This document shows positions 10,947-22,204 of a stretch of DNA of 30,766 bases, in pieces. The notes below the pieces were generated by a model. That model was given only the letters and a program-made list of their open reading frames with translations, ran no database searches and had not been told where the DNA came from. The stretch spans positions 1 through 30,766 of the forward strand of contig NW_021832368.1 in NCBI RefSeq assembly GCF_006345805.1, given 5' to 3'. The position numbers were made by a program, and so were the translations under genes. The DNA comes from Octopus sinensis. Lineage: Eukaryota. Numbering within the stretch: position 1 is the stretch's first letter; each line of letters starts with the position of its first letter.

Positions 10947-11094
10947 TACTCGTTGTTTAGGATCATGTGTGTGCCATTGTTATTTGTTTATACTGATGCT
11001 GTTGATCGTGATTGTGGCAAATGAAGCAGTAGAAAGGGTATTTATTAGGTCAAGAAGGCGAATAGGCTGAATCTTCTCTGATTTAAACACATAC

Positions 11095-11328
11095 TTATTT
11101 ATTTACTACCCACAAGGGGCTAAACCCAGAGGGGACAAACAAGGACAAACAAACGGATTAAGTCGATTACATCGACCCCAGTGCGTAACTGGTACTTAAT
11201 TTATCGACCCCGAAAGGATGAAAGGCAAAGTCGACCTCGGCGGAATTTGAACTCAGAACGTAACAGCAGACGAAATACGGTTACGCATTTCACCCGGCGT
11301 GCTAACGTTTCTGCCAGCTCGCCGCCTT
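11095..11328 (-). mobile_element. tRNA-derived SINE monomer (tail B)
   Basis: Perfect 16-bp TSD tgatttaaacacatac at 11079-11094 and 11329-11344. Confidence 0.92.
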
Positions 11329-11759
11329 TGATTTAAACACATACCATATACAAGTTAATATTTTCAGATACCAAGTGAAAAATTGCTTTGCTGTTGTAAA
11401 TGATGCAGTGTAAACTTTTCTGTAACACTCGGTAGTTGACGTAATTTTGAGACTGCGTAGTGCGGACTGCTTCTACCACTATTATTTTCCGGCACCACAT
11501 TTTAGTAGCATATAAAAAAAATTTCGGATTATGGAATAAATACTGCAGTCATGAAAACGGCTATTGGGATTTAACTTTACGAGTGAATATGCATAAAAAG
11601 ACCTTGTGCTCCCTGCTATGACCGTATTGTAAAACAACGGCAAACTAGGTACTTATATTTAATAAATGTCGTGCCATTGTCAGCTTTGTGAGTCATGAAG
11701 TAATTGTTCAGTTCCATCCACTCCATCAAAGCATACGACATAGTTTACATTCAACGATA

Positions 11760-12030
11760 ATGGATGAATCTTACTGGAAAAATCCTGGTATGAAAATGAA
11801 AGTGTTCACTGTGAATGATAAATTAGAGATTATCAAAGGATGCCAATGTCTTGACGGCGAAGCAAGACGTAAGGAAAGACCCTTACAATGAATATAGCGA
11901 TAATAAGGATAATTATTCGAAAAATACAAGACTATATAGACAAAAGTCAAGCTGTATTAACTTCATGTAAGACGACAAGGAATAGACGTAGTAGCACGAT
12001 TAAAATGCAATGTATTTTGACATTGTAACA
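11760..12030 (+). mobile_element. Tigger/pogo-like transposase N-terminal (CENP-B-type HTH) remnant
   Basis: MKMKVFTVNDKLEIIK ... TTRNRRSSTIKMQCIL resembles Tigger KRK.ITLE.KLEIIK ... R..IEEMEKLL; frameshifted. Confidence 0.5.
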
Positions 12031-12105
12031 AAAATAACCTCTCCATATACAGCGTGGTTATTAATATGAAACGTTAGGTTTGTTAGTGATTATATACATA
12101 CATAC

Positions 12106-12107
12106 AT

Positions 12108-12154
<47 letters not shown>

Positions 12155-12212
12155 TAGATAGATAGATAGATATAGATAGATAGATAGATAGATGATAGAT
12201 AGATAGATAGAT
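12106..12212. repeat. (GATA)n microsatellite
   Basis: Direct. Confidence 0.95.
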
Positions 12213-12271
12213 ATGGAATTTCGTATCAATATATTTATATATGTATATATATACGCGCGCGCATGCATATT

Positions 12272-12330
<59 letters not shown>

Positions 12331-12336
12331 TATATA

Positions 12337-12520
12337 TTGCATTTTCCGATGACCGGATAACTGAAGAGATGGCGGCGTGGATTTCCACCTGGCATCCGAA
12401 ACTCGGAGTTTTATCATGGCTACCGAATAATTGTCGCATATTACATTTACAGATAAATTCCTCTTTTTACATAATATCGAGGTCTCTTTCATTCTTTTGT
12501 CGTCTTACCATTTTTATCAA
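12337..12520 (+). mobile_element. Short PLE pLTR/retrozyme-like module flanked by (TA)n on both sides
   Basis: About 185 bp of unique sequence between two (TA)n arrays, beginning about 20 nt before a hammerhead core. Confidence 0.65.
12356..12415 (+). ncRNA. Type-I hammerhead ribozyme with intact core
   Basis: gataa CTGAAGA gatg...gtgg attt ccac...catcc GAAA C TCGGA G T T ttatc: stem I gataa/ttatc, imperfect stem II with one bulge, palindromic stem III ACTC-G-GAGT, GUU triplet. Confidence 0.75.
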
Positions 12521-12541
12521 TATATATATATATATATATAT

Positions 12542-12720
12542 AGGGAGAGTTTACGAAAAAAAACAGAAGACGATGACAGGTGGTGTACGAAACAAACAGA
12601 TGTATCAGTATAACGCTCAGGAATAGAAAAAGTCTTTTACATTTCGAGCCTACGCTCTTCTACAGAAAGGGGCAGAGAAAATCAAGGAGAGAAACAAGGA
12701 GAGAAAACATTGTGTGTAGT
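12542..12720 (-). mobile_element. PLE pLTR remnant (same type as 802-1270)
   Basis: Hammerhead at 12634-12669 followed by ..ttcctgagcgtt.. as in the 802 copy (ttctgagcgtc); 3' end abuts (TA)n. Confidence 0.6.
12634..12669 (-). ncRNA. Minimal type-I hammerhead variant
   Basis: cttt CTGTAGA A GAGC gtag GCTC GAAA TGT A aaag: stem I 4 bp, stem II 4 bp, loopless stem III (ACGT>ATGT), GUA triplet; A6>U. Confidence 0.6.
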
Positions 12721-12751
12721 GGCTAACGATTTATCATGGCGATATATATAT

Positions 12752-12897
12752 ATGCATGTATGTATGTATGTATGTATGTATGTATGTATGTATGTATTAT
12801 GTATGTATGTATGTATGTATGTATCTATCTATCTATCTATGTATGTATGCATGCATGTATGTATGTATCTATGTATGTATCTATGTATGTATATATA
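12752..12897. repeat. (TATG)n/(TATC)n microsatellite
   Basis: Direct. Confidence 0.95.
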
Positions 12898-13063
12898 TGA
12901 TACGGAGCAAATGTTCAGGAGTGATCATTTATATAGATATTATTATTGCTATTATTATCGAGAGCAATATAAATAATTGATAATAACAGCAATAATGATA
13001 TAAATGGTTGCAGGCCTAAATTAGCATTACATTAGCCATACATTTAAAATTCATATGAATTAT

Positions 13064-13108
<45 letters not shown>

Positions 13109-13111
<3 letters not shown>

Positions 13112-13460
13112 AAATTCCAGCAGGAATCTATTTCGGTTTGGTTGGAAGAATCAAAGCTTGAAAAGGCAAAATTGGAACGAAAAAAAACGTATATACCGAT
13201 AATATTCGGAAAAGATTGCGGCAATAAACAAATATTTAATGCCAATGAAAAGAATATCTTCACTAACCTTTCAATCTAAAAAGGAAAATCACAACTTGTA
13301 TTAAATTATGAAAGGATCACTTAACACTTTGTTCGGGGTAGTGGCTTGGTGCAAAAGCAGATATTAAATTCACACCCAATTTGTGCGTTACGTAAAGATT
13401 CCCAGGGATTTCGAGGGGCACAGTCAACGATTTCTTCCATCACTTCGGCGCTCTAATTGC
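13109..13460 (-). mobile_element. Probable PLE pLTR remnant with a degenerate hammerhead (13397-13448)
   Basis: Minus strand CCGAAGT GATGG...CCCTC GAAA TCCC-T-GGGA; T-rich tail ends at (TA)n at 13108. Confidence 0.35.
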
Positions 13461-13799
13461 AAAGTATGGATTCTCAAATTAAATTTGAAGACTGGATTTT
13501 TAACTTATTTTTGCTCGAAAATAATAATAGTAAGAAATAACCCTATTAACTGTAGGACTATGTCAATCACGTTTGACCACGCAACTGCACACGTATGCGC
13601 AAGTTACAGCACTATTATTTTTTAGAAAGAGAAGCAGCTGCATGTTCATCAAGATTCCTGTCGCCATGTCACCTATCTACAGGAAAGGATACTGAAATTG
13701 GCAGATACAGCTTAGCTCTATTGACATCATAGACTTTGCAGCCAGGCTGCAAAGAGCTGGATCAGATATTGCAAGGTATTTCGCTCGTTCCTCTTATAG

Positions 13800-13955
13800 A
13801 TCCACCAAACCACCACCTGGATTGATAATTTTCATTGACCATAAAAGGATAAAGAGCAAAGTTGACTCCGGTGGGATTTGAACTCAGGCCACAGAGTGGC
13901 AGAACAATAATTGCGACGAATTTTATCTCAGCTCTTACCACTTTGCCAGTTTGAT
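13800..13955 (-). mobile_element. Old degenerate tRNA-derived SINE
   Basis: Minus strand ctgagttcaaatcccaccggagtcaactttgctctttatcc matches the SINE body. Confidence 0.65.
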
Positions 13956-13999
13956 GCATTTCTAATTAATTAGTTTAAATAATTTTAAAATAAGAGGTA

Positions 14000-14660
14000 C
14001 TTTTACTGCATTTTGTGACCTGTTAGAGTATACGAAAATCATGTTTTGCCTCAAAACACGAAGTTTCTTCACCAGCCCGAGGATCAGGGGGTAATTACTA
14101 CATTTAAAGGCTTTCTTTTTAAGGAACACTTTTGTTCAAGGACTGAAATTTACAACAGAAGAAAATGCAATTTCATTAATAGAATTTTGGAATAGTTAAA
14201 TATAAAAAAGTACACTTAAAAATATGGACGATGTGTAGAATTAACAACAACCAACATGAGAGATTTTTGGAAACATATTTTTCTGCATTGTGTTAATCTT
14301 CCAAAACTAAGAAAAATATCCAAGTAATAGCTAACAGTGGAAGAAAGATTGGGTTCTACAAAATAAATACTATAAATGTTCGTGATGTGCATAACTAACG
14401 TTCGGAGACATTCCCCGGTCATGACCTCATTAATCTGGATCAACAACTCGCATACGAAAAAGAGGGCAATCAAAATATCGATGAAAGTTAGCAACAAATG
14501 AAACAATGAAATAAATGACAGCAGAGGAATTTAGTGCAATGTCTTGAGAATAGAAATTAATAATAATTCTAACGTCGAAAGAAAGCACGCAAGTTTGATG
14601 AAATTTGGAAAACGAATTTGGCTTTTACAAGCAGATGTATGCAGAAAAGAAGAAATAAGA
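14000..14660 (+). mobile_element. Tigger/pogo-like transposase C-terminal remnant (DDE_1 end)
   Basis: Frameshifted VLPQNTKFLHQPEDQGVITTFK, LRNTF, LIEFW, TNMRDFWKHI, DLINLDQQLA, YKQMYAEKKK match the Tigger order LPPNTTSLIQPMDQGVI... Confidence 0.75.
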
Positions 14661-14794
14661 TAAGAATGCGGTTCAAATGAACATGTTGTTAATTGTAATT
14701 ATAATGAGCTATATTCGCAAAATATATATTAGTACTTCTATCATGTACACAACACTGAAGACAGTTTTAACTATAATAACCAGTTGAATAGCGA

Positions 14795-14867
<73 letters not shown>

Positions 14868-14876
14868 CAGACAAAC

Positions 14877-14972
<96 letters not shown>

Positions 14973-14976
14973 TGAC

Positions 14977-15048
<72 letters not shown>
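14795..15048. repeat. (GATA)n/(GACA)n microsatellite
   Basis: Direct. Confidence 0.95.
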
Positions 15049-15050
<2 letters not shown>

Positions 15051-16713
15051 AGAGACACAGAAAAAGAAAAAAACAGCATTGTACTCCGGAGGTTTAGAAG
15101 GGGACCCGTCGGAAGAATGATCATGAGACCATAGATATAAGACCCTACAATGCAGTAGTCATCATAATCGCACATAACATGGAAGCGTATTGATGGAATA
15201 TCTCTGTTAAAATCTCGACAGAAAGCAAAAGTAATAGAGCAGACGTAGTGATTTGAGACAGAGAAAAGAAGCTTTGTACTGTAGCTGCCCAGCACTGAAG
15301 TTCAGCGAGAGATAAAATACCTACACTGAACTATTGTGAAATTTACAAATACTCCGCCCGAATTGGAAGTTTAGATTTATACTCGTAAGTCTTGGGTTAC
15401 TTGGATGTGTATGTAACCACCTGCCTCAGCACCAATTTTGAGAAATTAGGTTTTTCACAATCAGAAAGGAATACGCTAACTTGAAGACTAAGATACAAAC
15501 CATCAAGGAACTGCCAAACGAGGTAAAACATTCCAAAAGCTCAGCTTATAAGGGCGTGTATTCATATCAATTCACACAAATATCTGTATGAGTATATGCA
15601 CATAAAACAAAACATACAGATCTACATATTATCTTATTCCAAATGCTTGCACATATACACACATATATTCACAAAAATCGTGAAGGAGGGCTGGATCTGG
15701 GTTAGAAATCGGCTCTTTCCTCACTTAGTAAGAAATCTTTAAATAAAACTAAATGACAGCATACATACACATGTACATACATATATAAACACCTAGTTGA
15801 TGTCTATATTCCAATGAATGAGCTTTGTTTCCTACCTAGAAACGGACTATTTTTCTATTGATTGATTCGATATTTCCAAAATAAAATGAGAAGAGCCTAC
15901 GTACAGGGGCAGACACATTCATACATATCATATTTACATAAATGCATACATACGTATGAACATACATGACTACATAATAATTACAAACATATAAACGTAC
16001 ATATATATATCTACATATCCACCATGATAACTACATACATACGTACGTACACGCACAAATATATAATACAAACATATGATATATATACATAAATACATAC
16101 ATTCATACATACATATGACGTAGGTTCATACATGAATACATAATACATACATGAAATCATACATATATACCCACTAGGCTAACTACATCCGTGAATACAA
16201 ACACGCATACATACAGACGTATGTACTACATACATGAATGCGTAATACATACATATAAACACTTATAGTTCCACACACATACCTAGTTAACAACTTACAA
16301 AAACATACATACCTACGTACATATCCTGCAGTAAATTCATTGAGTATTTAGATCTTCTTATTAGAGAGACTCTTGTGTAGTTTTTCACATAGAATTGCCA
16401 GAATAGTATTCTTGTGAATGGAAATGACTGGTCTGTAACAATGAAATTCAACAGTACGGACAATATCACTGAATAGAGTCTTTTAAAATATTTTCATCAA
16501 GGCATTTCAATTACGAACGTTTAAATAACTGACAAAAACACACAATACACACATTAATATATTTCACATACCCCATATTTAGGCAAGTATACTTATGAGA
16601 AGTTGATATTGAAGTAATAAATAGATTTGAAATATAGGGAATTCACTAAATAAAATACCACCTCGTTTTTACACAAAGATATCTAGTGGAAGAATATTAA
16701 TGAAAATAATTTG

Positions 16714-16753
16714 TTGATGTTGATAATGATGATGATGTTGATGTTGATGATGA

Positions 16754-16796
<43 letters not shown>

Positions 16797-16797
16797 G
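16714..16797. repeat. (GAT)/(GTT)n microsatellite
   Basis: Direct. Confidence 0.9.
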
Positions 16798-17084
16798 CTC
16801 TCCGTATTTGTGTCTGTCTGAATCAAAGGACTTTATGAGTCTGCGGTTTTTGGACTTCTAAATTACGTTGTAAGTTTGGAAAAAAAAATTATTTCTTTTA
16901 TGCGAGAAACATTACAAAATAAAGGTATTTAATGTTGGTGGTGGTGGAGAGCTTTTTTAGGGCTTTTTTTTTCTTTTTTTACCCCTTTGTGGGCAAAAAC
17001 ACACTTTGTTTGAACATACGTGTTCGATTTGTCTTAATTTCAGTCGTATTTAAACATAGCTACAACACAGCTACAACGAGGATG

Positions 17085-17622
17085 ATGATGATGGTGAGGA
17101 GGAGGAGGAGGAGAGGAGGAGGAGGAGGAGGAGGAGAGGAGGGGGTAGGGGGAGGGAGGAGAAGGGAGGGGAAGAGGAAAGAAGAAGGGCAGAAGAAGAA
17201 GAAGAAGAAGAAAAAGAAGAAGAGGAAGAGGAGGGGGAGGAGGAGGAAAATGAAGAAGTATAGGAGGAAGAGGAAGAAGAAGAAGAAGAGAAGAAGTAGA
17301 AGTGGAGGAAGAAGAAGAAAAGGAAGAAGAAGAGAAGGAAGAAGAAGAAGTAGAAGTGGAGGAAGAAGAAGAAAAGGAAGAAGAAGAGAAGGAAGAAGAA
17401 GAGAAGGAAGAAGAAGAGAAGGAAGAAGAAGAGAAGGAAGAAGAGGAGGAGGAGGAGGAAGAAGAAGAAGAAGAAGAAGAAGAAGAAGAAGAGAAGGAAG
17501 AAGAAGAGAAGGAAGAAGAGGAGGAGGAGGAGAAGAAGAAGAAGAAGAAGAAGAAGAAGAAGAAGAAGAAGAAGAAGAAGAAGGAGAAGAAGGAGAAGAA
17601 GAAGAAGAAGAGGAGGAGGAGG
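17085..17622. repeat. Purine-only compound (GAG)/(GAA)n array
   Basis: Direct; the E/K/R/G- and S/F/P-rich ORFs here are artefacts. Confidence 0.95.
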
Positions 17623-17829
17623 ATACGCACCCTCGAAGATAAATCAAAACATTTCTTGATACTGCTATGAAGGTTCAATCAAAGGACAGTTGGCCGGCGA
17701 CCTACTTTGGCGATGAATCCATTGTTCTGCCAGTTGCGGGTTGATTAATTAGCTCTGGGTGGACCTGCGACCCCTTTCGGGCGAACTAGAGTTCGTTCTA
17801 AACACCCCTTGAAGAAGAGGAAGAAGAAA

Positions 17830-18509
17830 GTAGTGAGAAAGACAGATTAAGGAATCTGAGAACTAGGAGAGAGAATGACAGTGACAGCGTCGATAAAGAT
17901 AGGCAGATAGGTCTGAGAGCAGATAGAGAGAATATTAGCAGTGCTAGGGGTGATTGAGGGTGGTGATAGAGTAGGAGGTTTTTGGAAGAGTCGGATTTTG
18001 GTCGTCAAAGCGAGCAGTTGGGATTTTAGGAGCAAGCATTTGGGAATTCGGGGCAAGAGTTTGGCAAGTTGGAGCTAGCAGTACTGAGAGAGATGAGGTA
18101 CAATATGAGGCGTTGGCTAATGTAAGGTACGTAAATTGTGTATTGATATGTGAAGAAAAAGAAGGAAAAAGAATTGATGTATTGAACAGTGAAAAGAAAT
18201 GAGACAGTAAAAAGGAATTTGATGAACAATGTGAATTGTGTAAAGACATTGTGTACAGTGTTGTGATTTGAACATTGTATAATGAACATTGAACTGTTAG
18301 GCCTGTAATGTCCTTTGAACTGTATATGACTTGTTGATGTGTTTTGAAATAGAACTGTGTCTTCGGACGTGTACTCTTGAAATGCTGATGTATTGAACTT
18401 GATCGATCGGGCCTGGTCAATCGTCGTCGCTCGACTTGTTGGGATCCCGGGTTCGAGTTCGAGCGACGGCAGGTGGGATTCCGTAACAGCTTTCGGAGGT
18501 CCCGTAACA
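17830..18509 (+). mobile_element. LTR-like remnant (possible partial solo LTR)
   Basis: Purine-rich block, then a GT-rich block, ending in cgtaaca (twice: 18482-18488, 18503-18509); no 5' TGT terminus or TSD found. Confidence 0.35.
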
Positions 18510-19409
18510 ATACGCTTAAAAATGAAACAAATAGCATAAACATAAATAATTCGCTCCAACATAGAGACATTTCGGAAAGAACAAAATTAAAGAACTTTCA
18601 AGTTCCAAAAGTGATTTTTATCTCGCTCGATTACAGCAGCAATAGAAACAACTTACACATAATTAAGCTTTGTCAAGGTAAAAACATTTGTATAAGAAAA
18701 TAAAAACAACTTTTGTCTGTATAGTTTCGAACAGGGAGTCTCTAATTACGATAGGATTGATGCCAGGGAACTATAGCAATACTGCATAATAAATCATCTA
18801 TGTCCTTACTTGAGAAGTTTCACCGAAAGTGATCAATGAGAATGCTAACCAAGTTATGCCATACTAAAAAAAAGCAACAGGGTGTAGTATACACTCAAAG
18901 GAGTAACTGAGGGAAGCTTTGAATGATGTATGAAACAAATAAAAACCAAGATGATCTCTGTAGGTTTTGAACTCAGAATGTGTAATGCATTTTTGCCGAC
19001 GACCTAGCAATTCTAAGAGCTTGCAGCTTTTCATTGCTTTAATAATACATAAAATATTACAAAAGAAAAGCGCTGTATTTCACTTTATTTTAAAACAGTC
19101 TTCATAATATTTTCAACAAGTATTTTAATGTCTTTCGTCTCATTAATAGCTTTATTTATTTATATATCTATATATATTGTTATTCATTTTATAATTTATT
19201 ATTTATAATTCAATTTTCTCCACCTTTCTCTTACAACCATAAACACCACCGCCATCACCGCCATCCAAACTGCCGCTACTTAAATTATTGTTTTAGTTTT
19301 TTATATATATTTAATATTGTGATGTTAGTTTGATGAGATAAAAGAAGGACAAACATTCCAAATCGATTTTACCAAGGCAGGCTTTATTTTTTTTTATTTT
19401 GTAGCTATA

Positions 19410-19448
<39 letters not shown>

Positions 19449-19676
19449 ACAATGTATGTAGGCGAATATAGTAGGTATTGCAGTGTTGTTGTTGTTGGTG
19501 GTGGTGGCGGTGGTGGTGGTGGATCTTGGTGGCGTGGGCGATGGCGTCGATGGTGGTAGTTTTGGATGCGGTGGATGTGGTGGTGGTGGTGGTGGTGGTG
19601 GTAATGATGGCGACGGTGATGGTAGTGGTGGTGGTTGCGGTGGTGGTGGTAACTGTGGTGGTGGTGATGGTGCGGA

Positions 19677-19711
<35 letters not shown>

Positions 19712-19765
19712 GTGACCGCAGTGACGCTGGTGGTTGTGGTGGTGGTGGTGGTGGTGGTGGTGATG
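19410..19765. repeat. (TTA)n followed by compound (GGT)/(GGC)n
   Basis: Direct. Confidence 0.9.
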
Positions 19766-20339
19766 TGATAATACAATCAACGTCTTGCTTGCTTTGTTAC
19801 TGTGGGTCTGAGTGGAATAGAGTTCCACATACGACAGCTTGTCATAGCAGCTAGAATGATCTTTTTGTGGAGAAGAAAAAGAAATGTTTCTACCGAAGAC
19901 TTCGTTGTGTGAATAGCAGACGATATGTCAAGCTACATTTAACGTTTCTTTATTTTGGTTTTATGTGTGCATATACGAGTTTATGTGTAGAACTGTATTT
20001 CCAAATATCTGCTAATATATACGTGTGTGCGCGTGTGTGTGTGTGTCTCTCTCTCTCTCAGTAAGTGTATGTGTGTGCGCGTGTGTGTACTTGTTTATGT
20101 GTGTTTATGTATGGTAGAGGTAGTTAAGTGGAGGTTTTTGACTTTTGGCTGTTTTATTTGATTGTTATTCTTTTTTGTTACTTGGAGAAGGCTTGACATT
20201 TCGTTTTATGTATATACAGTTCCTTATACACGCATGCATACATAACATACACCGCATGAATTTATATAAATAAATAAGTATGCGCGCATATATAAGACTC
20301 TGTATGTGAGTGTATGTATATGTGAATGAATGTAGGTAT

Positions 20340-20349
20340 TTATATATAA

Positions 20350-20410
<61 letters not shown>

Positions 20411-20894
20411 TATATATATATATATATATATGTATGTATTATATATATATATATATATTTATGTATGTATTATGTATGTCTGAATGTATACAAGTATGCA
20501 TGAATGTATATATGTATACATATTTATATATATGTATGCAAGCATATATAAATAAATACATATTTATATATATACGTGTGTATGTGTGTGTGTAGGTATG
20601 TTCAATGTATGTATGAATAAGGAAGACAAGACGTGTGTACATCTGAGGGTATATGTGTGTATGTCTGTCTGTCTGTATGTGTATCTATGTATGTCTGCAT
20701 GTATGTTGCTGTCTGTTTTTCTGTCATATCATTCACAGTGTATATATACGTGTATATGTATATATATGTGTGTATGTATATATTTAAACATATATATATA
20801 CATATATATATGTGTGTGTATACATATAAGAATGTTTACGTATATGTATATATTCATATATGTACAAATATATATATATGTGTGTGTATGTGTG

Positions 20895-20941
<47 letters not shown>

Positions 20942-20945
20942 ATAC
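20340..20945. repeat. (TA)/(TATG)/(TG) compound low-complexity block
   Basis: Direct. Confidence 0.9.
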
Positions 20946-21587
20946 AGTCTTTTTCTCAACACAAGTGTTGACTCTTAATACCGTTTGATTTTGGTCTCTA
21001 CCTTAGTGTGTCAGCTCGATTATCTCCCTTCCTTCCTTCTTCTCTTTATTTATTTCTACTCTACCATTTTCAGCCTAATACCACTACTCCCATCACCCGC
21101 TTTATGTTTATTACATTTTGTTGTTTTCTTTCATATTCTTCTAATTATTTTAATTCATTTTTTATTATATTTTATTTGTTGTTGTTGTTGTAGTGGTAAT
21201 TGTTGTTCTTGTTTTGCTATTAACGACTATTTTTGAGGGAGAGGGTATAATAAAATCATTTTGTACTGTCTTTTTTTTTTGTTGTTTTTCGTTTTGTTTG
21301 TTGATTGGTTTTCTTCTTTACATTTTATTGTTTTTTTGTTTTAGTTCTTATTTCTTAATAGATTTATTTTTCTCCTTTGTTGTCTGTCTGTTCTTTCGAC
21401 GTTTTTATTTTCTCTATTAATTTTGTTTCGTTAGGAAGACAAACACACATGAACTTACCCACCTCACCTCATCCTTCCCTGCACTCATACCTATGTGTGT
21501 GTATATATATGTACATACACACACATACACACACACACATGCACATATTATATATATACATATACATATATATATATAATGGTGTTT

Positions 21588-21603
21588 ATTATTATTATTA
21601 ATA

Positions 21604-21683
<80 letters not shown>
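21588..21683. repeat. (TTA)n microsatellite
   Basis: Direct. Confidence 0.95.
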
Positions 21684-21685
<2 letters not shown>

Positions 21686-22204
21686 TGCAACTGTTCGCTT
21701 TGTTGTTGTTATTGTTTTTCTTGACGCAAAATTCCTTCTAACCTCAGAACAGCGCGAAACACGTCAAACTGTGTTTGTTTGTGTGTGTGTGGTTTTTTAT
21801 AATAATAATGATAATAATAATAATAATAATACAAAGTAAGGAAGATAATGGTGGCATATCCCTCCAGACAGCGTGATGATTCAATACTAGACAGTTAATA
21901 GTTTTGTCTTAGAGTAAAAAAAAGACACTACTTTGCCATTTTTGCAATGCACTGCCAGTTATGACAGACAGTAAGTGAGGAATGATGTTGTTGTATGGTT
22001 AAGGAATTGCACTACCAGTTCTTGCTTTATAATTTCAAAATCTGCTGAAGGCATAAAGTTCTTTTCTATCAATATATTTCATTATATGCGTTTTTCTCAC
22101 GAAGGAAACGTATAACGTGATTCATGGGAAGGTTATCTTTAAAAGACTACCGCCCTTTCCATGGAGGTCAGACATGTCTGCGAAGTTAACAATTAGATTC
22201 ATAA

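Noticed and set aside
13220-13262. KQIFNANEKNIF resembling Tigger QIFNVDETGLF
   Set aside because: Short match with no flanking similarity; the region is better explained as a minus-strand T-rich tail.
16932-17678. Long ORFs (236, 212, 195 and 122 aa) rich in E/K/R/G or S/F/P
   Set aside because: Translations of a GAG/GAA microsatellite open in several frames on both strands.
17693-17795. HDV-like ribozyme suggested by ggccggc ... ggcgaa
   Set aside because: No complementary P1 3' strand, P3/L3 motif or P2 pairing found on either strand.
17944-18570. 208-aa and 178-aa minus-strand ORFs
   Set aside because: No recognisable domain; S/L/T bias reflects the strand-skewed LTR-like sequence.
19405-19854. 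Poly-T/A/H/G/V ORFs
   Set aside because: GGT/GGC trinucleotide repeat artefacts.
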